Below, one piece after another: positions 1-10,706 of a DNA stretch of 64,000 nucleotides. A model generated the notes under the pieces. It saw nothing but the letters and a program-made list of their open reading frames with translations, was not told where the DNA came from and searched no databases. Both the position numbers and the translations under genes were made by a program. Every line of letters begins with the position of its first letter. Within the stretch, counting starts at the first letter, position 1. Location of the stretch: positions 62,001 to 126,000 of the forward strand of contig BROI01000036.1 of NCBI GenBank assembly GCA_027923505.1. Reading direction: 5' to 3'. This stretch comes from Mayamaea pseudoterrestris. Its lineage: Eukaryota.

Positions 1-3000
1 TTTCGCAGCTACTCGCCTTCCATTCCTGCAGTAGAGAAGACTCATGGACCACCTTTGCAAGGAGCTGTCGGAAGCAAGAATGCATATCATGGCCGAGTAA
101 CTCCTGGAATGACAGATAAGCTCCGAAAGCGCCAGCAACGAAAGCATGAGGAGCAGACTTTGTCGCCAGATGTTACAGGGAAACCGAGCTTGCCTCGAGT
201 GGCTACACTATCACAACCACGAACGTTGGCCGCGAACAAGGACTCCCCGGGCAAGGTTCTTCCAAGTTCGCCTCGCATTCCACCCAATCTAAGTATGACG
301 GGTCGTGGGCCGGGTTCAAAGACTATTTCAGCCGTAAGTCGGATTCATCCTCCATCTCCCACTTCGTCTGCAACGAAGCGATCAGATGCGGCAAATTTTC
401 AAGGACGACTCCAGCGTTTGCGTAGTTTCAGTCCTACCGTAATTGGAGAGCAAAGCAACGCAGTGAAATCATCTCCTGCTGTTATTACAACACGTCCGGA
501 TCCTCCAATAATACATGGGTTAAAAATGAAACCAAAAGCGGATGCACCTGCTCACAGCTATACGTTGCCAACCGTTGCCAGTCGCAAGAAAACTAGAGAT
601 GCCGCTTTATCGACGACATCTCGGTCCCCAAGGTCGAACAAAATACTTCCAGGAGTAAGCAATTCACCAACTAACAAAGATGACATCGTCAGGAATAACG
701 CTTTCTCAATGACGGGATCGACGGCGTCTGGGTTGTCTCGGCGACCTTACAATTTAGCGACAAGCACCGGCGCAGTTGTAAATCGCCTGCAGAGCTCGAG
801 TTCATGTTCGACCGATGAAGGATCGACAACGCTGTCGCTGGCGTCGATGGGAACTGATATCAACAAGCTGAGGACAATCATCCGAAAGTCGCGGTCAAAA
901 CCCATTCCGGAACGAGCGTTAATGCTTGACGAGTCTACCTCATTTTACTCATCATGCGACGAATCAAACATTAAAGACCCTGTCCACAGAGCTGGTCTGC
1001 GCTTTCTGTCCAAAGCCATCGTTCCTATTCAGTCAGCAGTACGGCGACACCTTGCACTGAGGGAGGCATTGACGCGGATGTGGGCCATTGTTATCATTCA
1101 AGCTCTCGCCAGACGCGTCTTGGCTCAAAAACAATACTTCCACACGGTTGTCACGACCATTATGATCCAAGCTTGGTGGAGGGGTTGTCAAGTACGCGAC
1201 CGACTGTTACTAAAGCAATGCTGTGCCATTGAGATCCAGCGTTTTGTCCGTGGGTATTTGGCGACCATGAGCGTCTACGAAGACATTTTTCGAGTTACCA
1301 TCGTGCAAAGTGTAGCTCGGCGGAAGGTTGCAATCGAGCGAGCTACCGATCGAATGATTTTCATCATCCATAGTCAATCTCTTGCTCGTGGGTTCCTTCA
1401 GCGACTTCGGATGAAGAGGATGATTTCAGCTGCAACCGTACTTCAGACAAAATGGCGAGCATTCTTCTGTCAATTCAACTATCAGCTAGACGTTCTCGAT
1501 ATAATCATCGTTCAAAGTGCTTGGCGGAGAAGGTCCGCCACCGTCAAGGTCCGAGACTTGCAACGCGTGCGGCGAGTCAATGCAGCGATCAAGATACAGT
1601 CAAAGGTCAGGGCCGGTGTTTGTAGATCCAACTTTGTCATTCTTCGAGCAATTGTCAAGATCCAGTCGACATGGCGAATGTGGGCCTGTTTCAATACTTA
1701 CCAAGACTACAGAGCTGCTGTAAAAATTCAATCAGTTTGGCGAGGTTTTGTTTGTGCTCGAACCTATTTGGAATATATCGCTGCTGTTGTCATTCAAGCA
1801 AAGGTACGGATGTTCCTAAGCACAAAACGTTATACTGCATACATCGCGGCAAGACTTATACAAAGCAACATACGGGCAAGATTGTGCCGTGTTACATTTG
1901 TCGAGTATTTAAGTGCCCGCAAGATCCAGGCTCGCATTCGGTGCTACTCTGCCTCCTCGTGGTATATTGGATACATAAATGCAAGGCGTATCCAAACGCA
2001 AGTTCGTCGCTATATCGCATTAAAGAGTTACACGGAATACTCGGCAGCAGTTGTGATTCAATCGAATCTTCGTTGCTTTCTTTGCTCAAAGCGGTACATC
2101 GAATACATTGCCGCAACAATGATACAGTCGCAGTTCCGCCGCCACCAATGCGCAAGTGCCTACATCGACTATTGTTCGGCTCGAAAGATACAAGCAGCTT
2201 ACCGGAGGTCGGTATGTCGTTGCATTTATGTTGAATACGTTGCCGCGCGAAGGCTCCAGACAGCGTATCGGCGTCGTTCTTGCAGAAATGCATTCGTGAG
2301 GTATGTTGCGGCTCGGAAAATCCAGGCCAGCTTTAGGCGGTACGTTTGCTCCAAATCGTACGTTGAGTATCTTGCGGCTACAATAATTCAGGCAACTTTT
2401 CGATGCTCCATCCAAAGGGCCAAGTGCAAACGGTACATTGCCGCTCGAAAGATCCAGGCTTCTTATCGGCGTCATGTTTGCTTATCATCTTACGTGCGGC
2501 ATATTGCTGCGTCAGCGATTCAAGCGATTGTTCGTCGGTATATATGTTTAAGTGCCTACCACGAATATATTGCTGCCAGAAAGATCCAGTCACAGTTTCG
2601 ACGCTACATATGTTATCAGCCGTACGTCGAGTATATCGGAGCAAGTCGACTACAAGCGGCGGCTCGCGGCTACTTGTGCCGTGAACAATACATTAAGTAC
2701 CTTGCCGCCAGGAGGATACAAGCAGCATTTAGAGGGTATGCGCGATACCACACTTATATCGAGTACGTTGCGGCACGCACAATCCAGTGTGGTCTCCGGA
2801 AGCATATTTGCATGCAGGTTTATCTGGCGATGAAGTCAGCCAAAGTCATTCAAACAGCATTTCGTCGGCATGTTTGTTACCAAGCATTCACAAACTTCAT
2901 GGCCGCGAGATGCATTCAAACACGTGCAAGAGGTTACCTGTGCCGTGTAGCATACGTTGATTACATTGCCGCAAAGATTATACAGACAACCTACCGCCGT

Positions 3001-6000
3001 CATGTCTGTTATCGAGCATACTCTGACTACATGGCAGCAAAATGCATCCAGACTCGAGTTCGGGGCTACTTATGTCGCTCAGCATACATTGACTACATTG
3101 CAGCAAAGGTAATCCAGACTTCCTACCGCCGTCACGTCTGCCATCACGCATACTCCAATTATATTGCGGCAAGATGCATTCAAACTCAAGTTCGAGGATA
3201 CTTGCGTCGCTCGGCGTATATAAACTACGTCGCTGCAAAACTCATCCAGTCGATCTACCGCCGCCATGTGTGCTATCAAATGTATTCAAACTATATGGCA
3301 GCGCTGTGCATCCAAACTCAAATTCGAGGTTACCTGTGCCGGTCTGCATATGACGATTACATTGCTGCGAGATATATTCAAGCACAGTTTCGCCGTCACC
3401 TATGTCGCAGTGCATATACTGAGTACATAAGCGCCAGAAAGATACAGAGCTTGATTCGAAAACTTCACAGCCGACGCAGGTTCACGCGAAAAGTTCTTGA
3501 AATTCGCAGTGCTATCGTCGCACAAACAACTTGGAGAAAGTATGTCAATGTAAAGGCCTACCGCCAGATAATTGCAGTCATCAGGATACAATCACAGTTT
3601 AGGAGCTATGTGGTCCGCCGGAAAAAGGAGCGGCTTGACTCTTCATTGAAAATTCAATGCAAGTGGAGAACATTTGTGTGCAGGCGGTCATATTTTGAGT
3701 TGCGTTCTGTAGTAAGAATACAATCCTACTGGAGAATGTTTGCGTGCTCAAAACATTACCTTGAGTATATTGCTGCGATGATTGTTCAGACTCAGTGGCG
3801 GGCCTTTGCTGCGCATAAAAGGTACAAGCAAGAACGCGGCGCAACAAAAATACAAGCTCACTGGAGAGCATTCGTATGCTCTCGGGAGTATTTGCTTCGC
3901 GTTGCTGCAACAATGATTCAGGCTCAGTTCCGAATGCAACGCCATCGAAAGGTCTACAAGCGATATAGATCAGCCACCAGCATCCAGGCAGCGTGGCGAT
4001 CTTATGACTGCGCCATGGAATATTTAAGAGTTGTCGCTGACCTTTTAATCGTCCAAAGTGTGGCTCGACGCTGGTTGGCCACCAGACGAGTACAGGCCGT
4101 CAAGAACAAAAGCGCCTTGAAAATTCAAAAAGCTGTAAAAGGATACTTGGCGCGAGTCTATTTGCAGTCGCGCAGGGAAGAATTGAATGCCGCCGTCAAT
4201 ATCCAGCGGGCATGGAGAGGTTTTGTGGTTTACACGGAATACTGTTTCACAATTGCTTATGTTGTCGTATGCCAAAGTGTGGTCAGAAGAATGCTCGCTG
4301 TCAAGTCGTGTGCTAAGATGCAAATTGTTCGCAAGAGACATGCTGTGCGGGTCATCCAAACCTTTGCTCGTCAGCAGCTGGCAAAGAGAATCAGGGCTTC
4401 GGTTCAAATTCAATGTTTTTGGCGCGGATTTCTCGGCCAAGCTCAATATCTCATTGCAAAGTGTGAATGCGACGCAGCAACAACTATTCAAAGCCATTGG
4501 CGTCGCTTCTGGTGCTATTCCAATTTCGTGATTAGCATTCACAGCTCAATCCTGATCCAGTCAACCTTTCGCATGCACAAGGAATTGACAGAGTATGATG
4601 TGAAGTTAGAAGCGATCGCTGCAATTCAGGATTGCTTTCGGTGTTACTTGGCACAAAAGAACTCCCATCAGCAGTCGCTTGTCCGTTGTATCATACAAGC
4701 GGCTGATCCAATCGAAGCTCGTGAGCGCCAAAGCGCCGTACAGATACAAAAGGTTTTACGAGGGAGCAAGGCTCGAGCATCCGTAGACAAACATTTGGCT
4801 GCTCGAGACATCCAGTCAGCTTGGAGACGTGCGTTTGCTAGAGCGTACTTCATCGACTACATCTCAGCGCGTCGTATTCAAGCATTTTGGCGTTGCAAGT
4901 TCCTCTCCATTCCGTACAAACGTCGACGAGCTGCTGTGCAGATTCAGTGCTTTTGGCGCCAACGAAGCGCGCGTCGCTACTTTGTCGCGTTGCGTGAAGT
5001 ATGCTTGGTTGATGAAATTAAGGCTGCGGTGTTTCTACAAAAGGTGTGGCGTGGAATTGCTGTCCGGTTGGATGAAGGAAAGTTTGTAACATGGCAGCGA
5101 CGTTTATATGTTGAAGAACCGGCTGCTGTGGAAATACAAAAGGTCTGGCGTGGGTTTAATGCAATGCTCCTTTACTGGCATACCCTTGGCTCAGCAATTC
5201 AAGTCCAGAGTACCGTGCGAAGCTGGATCACACGCGTGCGGCTATCTCGAGAGCGCCATTCAGTGCTTCTTCAACGTGTTACTCGCGGATATATTGCTCG
5301 TATGAGCGTCGCCAAGATCCGATCACACTTAGAGGCGATTGAGCTGCAGCATTTGGCAGCAACTTTGATTCAAAGTTCTTGGCGTGGGTACACGGCTCGT
5401 GTTACCTTCGAAGACCTCATTGTTTGCGAAGACAGTGCGACTCTCATCCAAGCGTCCTTCCGGGCGTACAAGGCTCGTCTAGCAATGATTCAATTGCTGA
5501 TGATTTTAAGATTGCAGTCGGTCGCGCGCCGATGGTTAGCTTGTTCCAGGAGTGCCGAGAAGCTTGGTGCTATCATTTACTTGCAATGCATCGCCCGTGG
5601 CATGCTTGCTCGCAAGCAAGCCACAGAGCGACGTGCCATCATGCAACTCGAGAAAATTGGCGCAGCCTCCTCAAGTCCCTCGCTTAAAATATTAAACTCA
5701 TTGCACTCCAGCCTCCTATCACCTCGCCTCGGTTCACTACGTTGCGATCGCAATCCCGTCGCTACTTTGCAACAAGATATTGAGCTCGATGAGACTGTTG
5801 CCATCAAGGAAAAGGCTGCTAGACGTATCCAGCGTTTCTTCTTGATGGTCAAAGCAGAGGTTGATCAAGAAATTCGTCGCGCACTTGAGAAGAAGCGTCG
5901 TAAGAAGCGAAAGATCCACAAAAAGAAGCTCAGAGATCGCGACGACGAGATTTTGGAGAACATTTGGTCCATGACAATGGACGAGAATGCTGGCGGGTTC

Positions 6001-6489
6001 GACTTTGAAGTTGCAAATTTTGCGGCGATGAGCAAAACCCGACCAATGCAAGAGCGAAATCGACCTGGATCATCGCTTCGCAACATGCCTTCCATGTCTG
6101 GGGGCTTTGTTTCCACCACAACAGACGCGGAAAGCAGCCATAAGAGTGGTCCGATTTGGGAACAATGGTCATGTACAGCACCATTGAGAGCAGCGTCGCC
6201 GGCATTCAGCGTCGAGATGAAATTTCCTCCGTCTCGTCTTGCAACACTGTCACGCGCTGAGTTTGATGACGACTTGTTCCTCGAAGAAGCTTGGATTGAT
6301 ACGGAAGTTCGCCAAGCAAAGGAGCGTCGTTTGATCAACAAGGCAAAAAAGTCTCACAGGACACAGATACCAGATGGCGCAGGGCCCCCATCCTCACGAG
6401 CCTCGAATCATGAGAGACCATCGTCAAGGACGTCCTACAAACCTGAACGACCTCCGTCACAATCATCGCACCAGCGAATGATGGTGTAG
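1..6489 (+). CDS. Giant IQ-motif repeat protein (ASPM/abnormal-spindle-like IQ array), 5'-partial
   Basis: Frame 1 is open from base 1, so the gene may start left of the window. It has a Ser/Pro/Arg-rich N-terminus, then dozens of IQxxxRxxxxR motifs (about 1020-5850) and a basic KKRRKKRK patch near the C-terminus. No CH or myosin motor domain is visible in the window. Confidence 0.85.
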   Translation, partial: FRSYSPSIPAVEKTHGPPLQGAVGSKNAYHGRVTPGMTDKLRKRQQRKHEEQTLSPDVTGKPSLPRVATLSQPRTLAANKDSPGKVLPSSPRIPPNLSMTGRGPGSKTISAVSRIHPPSPTSSATKRSDAANFQGRLQRLRSFSPTVIGEQSNAVKSSPAVITTRPDPPIIHGLKMKPKADAPAHSYTLPTVASRKKTRDAALSTTSRSPRSNKILPGVSNSPTNKDDIVRNNAFSMTGSTASGLSRRPYNLATSTGAVVNRLQSSSSCSTDEGSTTLSLASMGTDINKLRTIIRKSRSKPIPERALMLDESTSFYSSCDESNIKDPVHRAGLRFLSKAIVPIQSAVRRHLALREALTRMWAIVIIQALARRVLAQKQYFHTVVTTIMIQAWWRGCQVRDRLLLKQCCAIEIQRFVRGYLATMSVYEDIFRVTIVQSVARRKVAIERATDRMIFIIHSQSLARGFLQRLRMKRMISAATVLQTKWRAFFCQFNYQLDVLDIIIVQSAWRRRSATVKVRDLQRVRRVNAAIKIQSKVRAGVCRSNFVILRAIVKIQSTWRMWACFNTYQDYRAAVKIQSVWRGFVCARTYLEYIAAVVIQAKVRMFLSTKRYTAYIAARLIQSNIRARLCRVTFVEYLSARKIQARIRCYSASSWYIGYINARRIQTQVRRYIALKSYTEYSAAVVIQSNLRCFLCSKRYIEYIAATMIQSQFRRHQCASAYIDYCSARKIQAAYRRSVCRCIYVEYVAARRLQTAYRRRSCRNAFVRYVAARKIQASFRRYVCSKSYVEYLAATIIQATFRCSIQRAKCKRYIAARKIQASYRRHVCLSSYVRHIAASAIQAIVRRYICLSAYHEYIAARKIQSQFRRYICYQPYVEYIGASRLQAAARGYLCREQYIKYLAARRIQAAFRGYARYHTYIEYVAARTIQCGLRKHICMQVYLAMKSAKVIQTAFRRHVCYQAFTNFMAARCIQTRARGYLCRVAYVDYIAAKIIQTTYRRHVCYRAYSDYMAAKCIQTRVRGYLCRSAYIDYIAAKVIQTSYRRHVCHHAYSNYIAARCIQTQVRGYLRRSAYINYVAAKLIQSIYRRHVCYQMYSNYMAALCIQTQIRGYLCRSAYDDYIAARYIQAQFRRHLCRSAYTEYISARKIQSLIRKLHSRRRFTRKVLEIRSAIVAQTTWRKYVNVKAYRQIIAVIRIQSQFRSYVVRRKKERLDSSLKIQCKWRTFVCRRSYFELRSVVRIQSYWRMFACSKHYLEYIAAMIVQTQWRAFAAHKRYKQERGATKIQAHWRAFVCSREYLLRVAATMIQAQFRMQRHRKVYKRYRSATSIQAAWRSYDCAMEYLRVVADLLIVQSVARRWLATRRVQAVKNKSALKIQKAVKGYLARVYLQSRREELNAAVNIQRAWRGFVVYTEYCFTIAYVVVCQSVVRRMLAVKSCAKMQIVRKRHAVRVIQTFARQQLAKRIRASVQIQCFWRGFLGQAQYLIAKCECDAATTIQSHWRRFWCYSNFVISIHSSILIQSTFRMHKELTEYDVKLEAIAAIQDCFRCYLAQKNSHQQSLVRCIIQAADPIEARERQSAVQIQKVLRGSKARASVDKHLAARDIQSAWRRAFARAYFIDYISARRIQAFWRCKFLSIPYKRRRAAVQIQCFWRQRSARRYFVALREVCLVDEIKAAVFLQKVWRGIAVRLDEGKFVTWQRRLYVEEPAAVEIQKVWRGFNAMLLYWHTLGSAIQVQSTVRSWITRVRLSRERHSVLLQRVTRGYIARMSVAKIRSHLEAIELQHLAATLIQSSWRGYTARVTFEDLIVCEDSATLIQASFRAYKARLAMIQLLMILRLQSVARRWLACSRSAEKLGAIIYLQCIARGMLARKQATERRAIMQLEKIGAASSSPSLKILNSLHSSLLSPRLGSLRCDRNPVATLQQDIELDETVAIKEKAARRIQRFFLMVKAEVDQEIRRALEKKRRKKRKIHKKKLRDRDDEILENIWSMTMDENAGGFDFEVANFAAMSKTRPMQERNRPGSSLRNMPSMSGGFVSTTTDAESSHKSGPIWEQWSCTAPLRAASPAFSVEMKFPPSRLATLSRAEFDDDLFLEEAWIDTEVRQAKERRLINKAKKSHRTQIPDGAGPPSSRASNHERPSSRTSYKPERPPSQSSHQRMMV
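2900..3430 (+). repeat. Coding tandem repeat with a 132-nt (44-aa, two-IQ) unit, about 4 copies
   Basis: CIQT(R/Q)xRGYL recurs with TGC codons at 2911, 3043, 3175 and 3307, exactly 132 nt apart, alternating with IQxxYRRHVC. Confidence 0.9.
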
Positions 6490-6605
6490 AAGAAGTATAT
6501 ATCGTTTTCAGTTGTTTATTACCAGTGGTTGCTGCAACTATAGCAATGGGAAAGTTCTATTAAATATATGTAATGTTCAATCTAAATAAGACTTTATCAG
6601 TCCAA

Positions 6606-8273
6606 TCATGTGTCGTTCAGCTTCTCGTAATCCTTTTTCTTTTCCTGCAACTTGTTCCAGTCGCATCGCACTTGTAATCCCTTCCAACAGCTCTCGTAGT
6701 CAACGTCGCACAAGTCTTCCGCCTGCGGGCTCGTCCGCATCATAAGGCAGCTTTCAAACATGAACGCCAGCCCCTTGTCGAAATAGACTGGCGCGTCGCA
6801 GGGATCCGCCACGGCCGCGTCGTAGGCGTCGGCATCCGGTCCATGCGGCACCATGGCGTTATGCAGCGACGCTCCACCAGGAACAAAGCCACCTGCCGCC
6901 TGCTTGGCATCGTACGCTCCATAAATCAGTCCCATGTATTCGCTCATGCAGTTGCGATGAAACCACGGAGGTCGAAAGGTGTTGGCATCAGCCGCCATGT
7001 AGCGCGGCGGAAAAATGACAAAGTCGGCCAAGGCGGTTCCAGCGTGTGTGGATGGGTACGTTAGAACCGTGTAAATGGACGGATCCGGATGATCGTACGT
7101 GACGCTATTCATGGCGCAAAAGCGCTGCAAATTGTACTTGTAGGGCAAGAAGTTGCCATGCCAGGCAGCCACGTTGAACGGAGAGTGATCTGACTTGCGC
7201 GCGTACAACTCTTGATCCATTTTGAACAAGATTGAGTGAGGCTTGTGATACTCGTCTGGATCGGTAACGCACCAAGCGACTGGATGTGAAAAGTCTCGGG
7301 CATTGGCGAGACCATTGGAGCCCTGCAAAGGCATACGGAGAAGATGAGATGGAAGCATACGAATCTAATGTCAAGACATTCCGTTGTCATCCAATTTGCG
7401 TTACCAGCAACCACTTACAATCGGACCAAGCTCAGGAAGTCGAAAGCCTCCATTACTACTGCAAACTTCCAATACATATCCCTTGGCCGTCGCAGTAGCA
7501 CCTTCACCTGTTGCATCATCATCCTCCACGACAACGCCAAAGACGATACCCTTTGGCACGACGCAAACTTCCGTCGGTCCAATTTGCAGTTTCCCCACTT
7601 CCGTCGTCACCAGCAAGCGCCCCTGCTGCGGAACAATTAAAAAGTCGCCGTCGGCATTGTAAAAGGACTCGTCCACCATGTTGCTGTTGCAAGCATATAG
7701 GTAAATGGACAAGCCGTCGCCGCATCCAGTGCTGGTGGCGCCCGCCGCCACGACGCGCGTCAAACTGTGAATGAAATGGTTCTTCTGCTGTAGAGAGTCG
7801 CTGCTGCTGGTATCAGTATCTTCCGATGCCGCATTCTCTTCCATTGGTTTCCATCGCATGGGCTGCACCGCCACCTTGCAGTCGCGCGGATGATTCTTGC
7901 CAAAGACGCCTCGCTTCATCGTCGTTGCACTCGCTCCATTATCATTCACAAGACTAGATACACTTGGCTGCAGTCGATAGAGCCAGGTTCGCTTGTTTTC
8001 GTGGCGCGGCGCCGTAAAGGCCGTGCCCGACAATTGCTCCGCGTAATATTGACAATTGCGAGGATTGTTGCGGCCCATGGGGAGGGCGCCGCGAATGTAC
8101 TCGCTCTCGAACGAGTTGCCGAAACCAGGTAGATAGAGTAACGTGTCATGGTAAATGTACTGCTGCTGCTGCTGCTGGGCTGGAGTCGTCGCTAACGATT
8201 GCTTCTTGCTAGGCGAGGAAGCTGCAGCCGATTGCGCCGTGGATGGTTGCGACTGCGACTCAATGCTTGCCAT
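6606..8273 (-). CDS. HGD: Homogentisate 1,2-dioxygenase (2 exons; intron 7323-7418)
   Basis: Motifs YAEQLSGTAFTAPR, TWLYR, ADGDFLIVPQQG, DHPDPSIYTVLT, RPPWFHRN.MSEYMGLI and PGGASLH. A phase-0 GT..AG intron restores LGPI|GSNGLAN. Confidence 0.95.
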
Positions 8274-8657
8274 TGTGTAAAACTCCTTTTGCTTGGCTAT
8301 GACGCTACTAATGCTTGCGATTCTGTTTCAATAATCGCACTTCTATTGTATATCGAGTACTTGTACCAGCGAAATCCGAATCGTCGCGCTGCCACGGAAC
8401 AAAAAATCGTCATGGTGACACTTTGCATTCGGCCTGTCACAAAAGAAATGTCGCTTCGGTTCTGGCATCGTTAGAATCGTAGCGGCACTGATCGACCGTT
8501 ATTAACGTGTCGTGCAACGGCCTTTTCATCATTGCCCTGATTGGCTGACTCGCTCGTTACTGGGTTTTCCAATAGTGAAAACGGTTTGGCGATAAGCACC
8601 TCCGAAGATGCGAAAATCAATTTTGCCGATGACAAAGATATTGTGCTTGGCAAAACG

Positions 8658-10088
8658 ATGAACATGCCAAGAGAACAAGAGGTTCAATTCATGCCATTGT
8701 CGGTAGACGATGACGATCATGAGGAGATTTATGAGGAACAAGATTTTAATGAGGAGGATGAAGATTCGCAGCAACTGAACAAGCATCAGCAGCAATCGCC
8801 CGCTCATTCGCTGCAGCATACGGCCATGACTGTATCCATTTACGTCATCATATTTCTCCTTGGTCTCGCCACGATTCACCTCGTGCCAGGTAACCGGAGC
8901 AGCAAGCAGAAAGCGATGCTGCAGTCGTTCATTGACAATGAAACGTTGAGTGACTTACAGGACGAGCAGCAGCAGCAATTGCTTCTCTCATTTTACAACG
9001 AAACAAGCCATGACTTCTCACTCTATATGAATCTCACCAACAATGATGATCGCATTGTCTACGTGAACGAACACGTTCAAAATCTCTTGAGCTTTGCCGT
9101 CATTGCGCACAGCAAGTGCGGCACCAGCTTTTTGCAGAATCGTTTATACCAGCATCCGCAGGTCGGCATTCATCGCCACGAGATTCACCACGTGCAGCAT
9201 TATCACATTGCCAACATGGTGGAGGCGCTGCTTGATTTGGATGATCCAAACCAAATGGTTTCTATCTACGGCCACGCTGCGCGCCGGAAGAAACAAATAC
9301 TCGTCAGAGGCTACAAGGCACCCAACGACATTCGCAGACCAAACGCCTTGGAAGCCATTCGCACGTACTGGCCAAAGACGAAACTCGTCGTTGGACTACG
9401 ACATCCAATCAAGCACTTTCAATCATACTACAACTACAACACGGAGCGCGGCAAGCCTCCTTCCGTGCCTCCACAGGACATGTACAACAGGTACTTGCCG
9501 GAGGAACTGTTTCACGTCAACTTGTTTCTGCTGGGCAAGACTGCCTCTGCTATCAATACCTTCAACAGCAGTAGTGACAAAGACTTTACGCAGCTGCTCC
9601 GCAAGCACTATCGATGGGCGCACTACCATCCACCAACCTACATGCCCAATCCAGTGTTTTTGTATGAACTGGGACAAATGTCCTACGCCAAGGACGATCA
9701 CGACGTACGGTTCGCGGCGGATTTGCAAAACTACTTGGGCTTGACGGAGCCGTTCAACTGGGGCGGTCGCAAAGCAGCGTTTGCGACAATGGGCACGAAC
9801 AGTTCTACTTCTGCCGTTCCATCAGCAAATGGAACGAGGCGAGGATTGCGGATCCAACGACGTATTACACCCTCGGGCATTAACATTTGCGATCCCCTCT
9901 ACGACAAGGTGCGCGCCAATCTGCTGGTCCTTGGCGCGCAGGCGTCCCAGTGGATTCAGTCGCACTTTATGAACCACGCGGACGTGCGCATCTACAACCG
10001 GGAGCATTTCATCGAGCTCCTCAATGCCTGGGCCGTGGATCCGTGTGACGACGAAACGAGACAGTATAAGCAGCAGCATCGCCACTAG
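8658..10088 (+). CDS. Sulfotransferase-like type II membrane protein (P-loop sulfotransferase fold)
   Basis: Single N-terminal TM segment (VSIYVIIFLLGLATIHL), 5'-PSB-like HSKCGTSFL and 3'-PB-like LRHPIKHFQSYYNY. First ATG at 8658; the ORF track starts at TTG 8541. Confidence 0.7.
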   Translation: MNMPREQEVQFMPLSVDDDDHEEIYEEQDFNEEDEDSQQLNKHQQQSPAHSLQHTAMTVSIYVIIFLLGLATIHLVPGNRSSKQKAMLQSFIDNETLSDLQDEQQQQLLLSFYNETSHDFSLYMNLTNNDDRIVYVNEHVQNLLSFAVIAHSKCGTSFLQNRLYQHPQVGIHRHEIHHVQHYHIANMVEALLDLDDPNQMVSIYGHAARRKKQILVRGYKAPNDIRRPNALEAIRTYWPKTKLVVGLRHPIKHFQSYYNYNTERGKPPSVPPQDMYNRYLPEELFHVNLFLLGKTASAINTFNSSSDKDFTQLLRKHYRWAHYHPPTYMPNPVFLYELGQMSYAKDDHDVRFAADLQNYLGLTEPFNWGGRKAAFATMGTNSSTSAVPSANGTRRGLRIQRRITPSGINICDPLYDKVRANLLVLGAQASQWIQSHFMNHADVRIYNREHFIELLNAWAVDPCDDETRQYKQQHRH

Positions 10089-10706
10089 TAGTGGTGATGG
10101 TAGTCAGTGATGGCACACCGAGCGAGTTTGCTGCTTGCTACTACGACAAGTGCCAATACGTCAACTGTCAAAGCAATGTATGCTACAACTCGCAAGCAAC
10201 GAGCAAGTGCGCGCGCAAGTCGCAGACGCGTTGTGTCATCAACTCAGTGAAAAGTAAATACTATAAATAAATTGATCTGTGCCATGTAAAGTTTGCCATA
10301 GTCTTCTCGTGGAATAGTGTTTGAAGCGTAAAAAGCCGTTGCCATGGTGGCTGTACAGTTCACGGAAACGAGTCGTGGCCCTTATATTCTTTTCGCTGAT
10401 CAATTACATATTATGATGCCTTCTCTTGGAGTGTCGGCACAAAGTCCGTACATCATTGGCTACTTGTCGTTAGCTTGACTCAGTTATGACTTGCTAAACC
10501 ATGCTAGCTTACCGAAACTTCGGTTAGGTTCTGTCGCATCGTTAATCACGAGCTCGCACCAAAGAAGAACGACGACCATGGGAATTCTGCGTCCAATGCA
10601 AAGCTGTCACATCTGACCCATTATTCGTCGACCTAGCGTCTCCTTGCAAAAATAAAGCAGACTGAATTCCGTAACAATTAGCAGAGACTCGCTGCTGTTG
10701 ATATAA

